In this document: one piece after another, positions 59,527-64,000 of the stretch
Position numbering within the stretch: position 1 is the first letter of the stretch
Layout: the number at the start of each line of letters is the position of its first letter
From: a virus
Taxonomy: Duplodnaviria > Caudoviricetes
Virus record (IMG/VR): IMGVR_UViG_3300028591_000003
Coordinates: 96,001 to 160,000 of that record
DNA: 64,000 bases
Strand: one strand, 5' to 3'
Translations under genes and position numbers: made by a program
The notes under the pieces: generated by a model
Databases searched by the model: none
Seen by the model: the letters and a program-made list of their open reading frames with translations, nothing else
What the model was told of the DNA's origin: nothing

Positions 59527-62500
59527 ATGAATTCATATCCGATATGAATAAAATTATAATAAATTCTTTTAATTCATTGGATCCTGTTAATTATTTTAAA
59601 TCAGAGTTATCTAAATTAATTCCTAAATATGAAAATAGTTTAGATGATTTCAAAGAGTCTGTACAAGAATATTTAGATGATGAATATGGACAATATGCAA
59701 TTACATTATTAACATTTGATAATTAGGAATTAAATAGTATTGCACAAGATATTATTAATTCTGTCGATCACGTGTTTGATGATATAAAGCAAGAATCAGA
59801 ACAAAATCAAAGTTCTCCCAAAGATAAAATCGGGAGAACTTTAAATACTGATTTTAAAGAAAAAACACAAATTAGATAGTAGTTTTTAGATAAATATTTT
59901 AAATATAATTCTTCAAGTAAATTACTTTTTCAAAAGTGGTTTAGAAATTCTGCGATTCGTTCTTTATTTATTGTAGAGGATAAAAATAATAAATATTTAG
60001 CGGATTCTGGTGAAGAAATAAATGAATCTATTTAGAATTTTAGATAGAGATTATTGAATGATATTATAGAAGTACTTAAAATACGTACTAATTCTTAGAC
60101 TATAGAACAATTTGAATTTGCTTATAAAATTAATTCTAATGAAGCAATAAAAAATTTTCTTGATGAAATATTTAATGATGAAAATGTTTTTCCTAAAATA
60201 TTAATTGCAAGATTACCAGAAATTAATTCTGATAGTTTAACACAAAGTGGAAAGATATTATTAAAGGGATTTTAGGCTTACGTTGCTTTAAAACATTTTG
60301 ATGAATTAATGTCATAGACTTTTTAGAAGGCTATTTCAATTAAAAATTTTGGAGAATATAATTTAAATAATTCTGATAAATATTCAATAAAAACTGCTGA
60401 TAGGGTTATTCACCAATGGCGTGATGATGATGTTGATGCAGATGAAACTGAAGAATTAGGTAGTTTACCAATGCTTTTTGTTTCATCTCTATAGGTACAT
60501 GATAAATCAGGAAGGGCTACAGATGAAACACTAGAATTTTCTAATGTAAAAGTAGCTATTGGACATTTAATGAAAATATTAGATGTTCAATCTGGATCTG
60601 ATTTTTTAGGAAATCCTTTTCCGAAAGATATAATTGATGATAAGATAACTAGTATTATAGAAAATGAATTTGCTTCTTTATACAACGGAAAAGTTGAAAG
60701 TGGTTAGGCTGTAAATTCTTTTAGTAAAAGATATGGAAGATTAAACTAGAAAGAAAATGAACAAAAAACAGTAAACTATTTAAGATGGATTCTTGATACT
60801 TATGTAAAAGGAAAAACATTTAAATAGGTTCTTGCAGCTGCTAAACGCTATCCTGAAATATTAATGCCTATAATATTTAGACTTACTCAACCAGTATATT
60901 AGATAGGACTTGATGGAAAGAAAAGTGATATTGATATAAATAAATATTCTAGTATATTTAGTAAATAGAGTAAAACAGAAGAAACTATAAGGTCATTATA
61001 TTATGAAATGTATTCTCCAGAAAGTTATTCAGTTTTTTCTATGAATACTGGAGAAAAAGGTTTTGATCCAAATAATAATTCTATATTTCAACATGTTAAT
61101 ACAATGTTTTTAAATATAGAAAATAAACAACAATTAGAGTATCTTAAAGATGAAGAAAAAGGTATAATTACTGTAAATCTCGGAGATAAAGTTGGAAATA
61201 CTAGATTAAAACTATTTCAGAGAGCATTAGAAACTAAATATGATAAACTAAATCCACTTAGTTAGACTAATAGTAGTGGTGAAGAACAATTTTAGGAGTT
61301 TTCTATAATTGATAATCTTGAAAAAGAAGAAAATAACGAATCTCCTTCTGGAAAGTCTATTACTATAAAAACTAAAGATGGAAAACAAATTGTAGTAGAT
61401 TCTGATTTAACTTATAAAGTTTTAGATGAAAATGGAAAATCTTTTCCTATAACTGAATAGAATTTAAGACATTTTATTCCAATATTTAATGAAGTATTAG
61501 ATTTAGATTTTAACGAAGCTTTTATTAATATATTAAGAACCTAGAAAGGATAGTTAAAAGAAGTATTAGGATTAGTATCTAGAATGTTATACAATTTCTA
61601 GGTTAGTAAACATATGATTAATACTAGTAGTAGTAAATATGATAATGTTATTAAGAGTTATTATACATTAAAAAATGCTAATGATAAATATCCTACTGTC
61701 GCTTATTCTTCAGTTCAACCTAGAATTATTTCTAATTTTGATTATAAAGGTATATTATCAAAAATATCTAAAGTTAAAGATATTTTAGAAGGGTATTCAG
61801 AAATAAATACTGTATAGGATGGAGAAAGAAAACAAGTTTCTACTTTAGGATTGTCTTCATTATTATCTAAATATAATGAAATTATAGAAAATTATGGAAA
61901 AAATCCAGATTCTCCTATAAAACATTTCTCTATATACGGAATGTATGAAGGTGCTGAATTAATGCGTGATTATGCAGAGCCTGGAAATAATAAACAAGCT
62001 AAAAAATTTACAGAAGAAGAATTAGTGACTGCATCCTTCTTATATGATATGTATGGAGATTTAATGGAACTCAACGAAGAGGATGGAACACTTGTTGAAA
62101 AAGGTGGAGGTATCTTAAGAGTAATGGGTCCTGTTGTATCTGATAAAGGTAATCTTATTAAATTAAAATATAATTGGGATTCTCCTATAAAAGAAAAATA
62201 CAATGCTTTATTAAGACCTGAAGATCCAAATATTAAACTTCGATTAAGAGATTTAACTGTAAATGATTTAAAAACTATTATTAAAGAAGAATTTGGAGAA
62301 TATTATCAAAATGTTCTTAATTATGTACAATCTCAATATGGGGTTTTAAATAAATCAGCAATAATTTGGGCACATCCCGCAATGGGAAAATCTTGGTCAG
62401 TAGAAAATGGTAAATACAAAGACCAATTAATTGATTGGGATGTAGAATTTAATAAAAAAAGAGATGCTTGGATAGCAGAAAAATCTAATACTGAAATAGG

Positions 62501-64000
62501 AAGTAAAGAATTTAACAAAGTTAAAAAACAATATTTAACTGATTCTGTAAAACATCCAGAAAAATACTAGGATTTTATAGAATTTTATACACAAGAATGG
62601 AATAGAGTTAAAAATAAAGCACGTTTAGAAGGAAAAATATTAGTTGCTTCTCCACATATATTATTAAAATTGTTTCCACAAGATTTTGATAAAATTATTA
62701 CAATGGATGATGAAACATTTATCCAAAGAAATATGGAAAGAGGAGGCACTGAAAAAGACTCTATATCTTTAAAACAAGATTTAAATGCAACATTATCTCA
62801 ATTACAAGAATAGAATAAAATAATTACTGATAATAGATATTTAGAGGAAATATTAGAAGAAGGTTCATTAAGAACTAGTTATGTTGATATGGCTATAGAT
62901 TCTTTAGGATTAAATTATCCTAAAGGATATGGTTTTGATTATCTTTCATCATTTGCTAGATTTAACGAAGTATTTGGAAAAGATGCTCAAAAAGTTCTAA
63001 GAGAAGCTATTTATTTAGCACAACGAGCCGGAGAAGAAATCGAAATAATAGATTAGGTTCATTATATTGTCAAAGATGGGCAATTACAAAATAATCCTTC
63101 TTTAATACATCAACTTCAAGTATTTGGAAAACTTGACGGAGGAGAATAGTATGAAGATTTCTGGAAAAGAAAAGAGGATTAGTTATTTGTAGATTTCTTA
63201 CAAACAGAAACTGAACTTCAAGTTAAAGAAGGAGTAAATGATAAAAAGGGAATTGCTATTCAGACAGCTCTACAAAAGAATCAAGGATGGATTAAGGGAG
63301 AAAATATAGCAGTTGCTAAAGTTTCAGAAGATGATAGAAGTTTATTAATTGCTACTAAGGATGATTTTAAGAATTGGTATCCTTATAAATCTTTATTAAA
63401 TTGGTATGGTAAAGAAATTCCATCTGAATTAAATATTGATAGCCCTGATGCTAATTTATAGGCTATAATGGAAGCTATAGATTAGTATAGTATTGTTAGA
63501 AAATTATCTGAAGAAGAAACTCTTGATAAAATTATAGAGTCTAAACCAGATAAATGGAAATCTAATACAAAAGGAGAATATCTTTTATAGTAGGCTTTTA
63601 TATTATATTCTATAACAAGACGGAAATATAATAGAGATATTCCTGCCGAAAAATTACAGGAGGATTTTAATAAAAAGATTGAAAAAGAGTTTACTAAAGA
63701 TGGAAAACTTGATAAAAAGACTCTTGTTGATTATATAAATAAAAAGGAAACTATTAATGATATTGAAGCTTTGATGGATCCAATGTTATTAGGTCCAGAT
63801 GGTGATAATTCTTATTTAAATCCTTTTATAGAATCTATTGAAAAACCAGTACATAATATAGAATTAAATCCAGAATTTGTAAAACATAATCTATATGATT
63901 TCTTATTAAGTGAAGAATTTGTTCTCTCAACTACAGGAACTCATGTTTCTTAGCCTGGAAAATCTTCTAATATTACTGAAAGAGAAGCTGAACAATTTGG
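59493..64000 (+). CDS. Giant protein, N-terminal part (>1500 aa, runs off the window); probable virion-associated RNA polymerase
   Basis: ORFs 59493, 61008, 61614, 61851 and 63771 are in one frame. Identity is inferred from size and position at the end of the crAss cargo cluster. The catalytic DxDxD motif is not visible in this window. Confidence 0.55.

Noticed and set aside
911-62518. All minus-strand ORFs in the track (for example 42409..43110, 39530..39766, 45038..45361)
   Set aside because: They lie antisense to well-supported + strand genes and show no recognisable motifs, so they are shadow ORFs.
1-64000. Fragmented ORFs read as pseudogenes or a decayed prophage
   Set aside because: The interruptions I read are all TAG, frames stay continuous, and TAG falls at conserved Gln positions. 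This indicates recoding rather than decay.
1-64000. tRNA (including an amber suppressor), rRNA or CRISPR array
   Set aside because: Intergenic gaps are short and I saw no cloverleaf or regularly spaced repeats by eye. tRNAscan-SE or ARAGORN would be needed to exclude a tRNA formally.

Overview
This window is a 64-kb piece of the structural (late) module of an AT-rich crAss-like phage (Crassvirales, Bacteroidota host inferred). It uses an alternative genetic code in which TAG encodes Gln. The supplied ORF track is fragmented only because it treats TAG as a stop. With TAG read as Gln, the + strand tiles into about 42 abutting genes, and every complete gene ends in TAA or TGA. Gene order: portal (3' part), a collagen-like modular tail fibre, a 2051-aa LamG/CotH-kinase/LRR protein with two BspA-like LRR paralogues, a terminator-bounded six-gene cassette of unknown function, an HTH regulator, a putative scaffold, the major capsid protein, head and ring proteins, IHF-like proteins, tail stabilisation/muzzle proteins, cargo proteins, DUF192, a phage lysozyme plus holin-like protein, a 3121-aa protein with an embedded SF1 helicase, and the start of a probable virion RNA polymerase. 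Three further features stand out. (1) A group I intron with a GIY-YIG homing endonuclease interrupts the capsid gene. (2) A -1 frameshift signal (C CCU UUU plus a predicted pseudoknot) would add a GC-rich 124-aa domain to a putative capsid decoration protein. (3) A short 'x-K/Q-x-G-G-K' motif is shared by the cargo proteins and a 31-aa orphan peptide. Translations and coordinates were worked out by hand. No database searches were run, so product names rest on recognised motifs and gene order.
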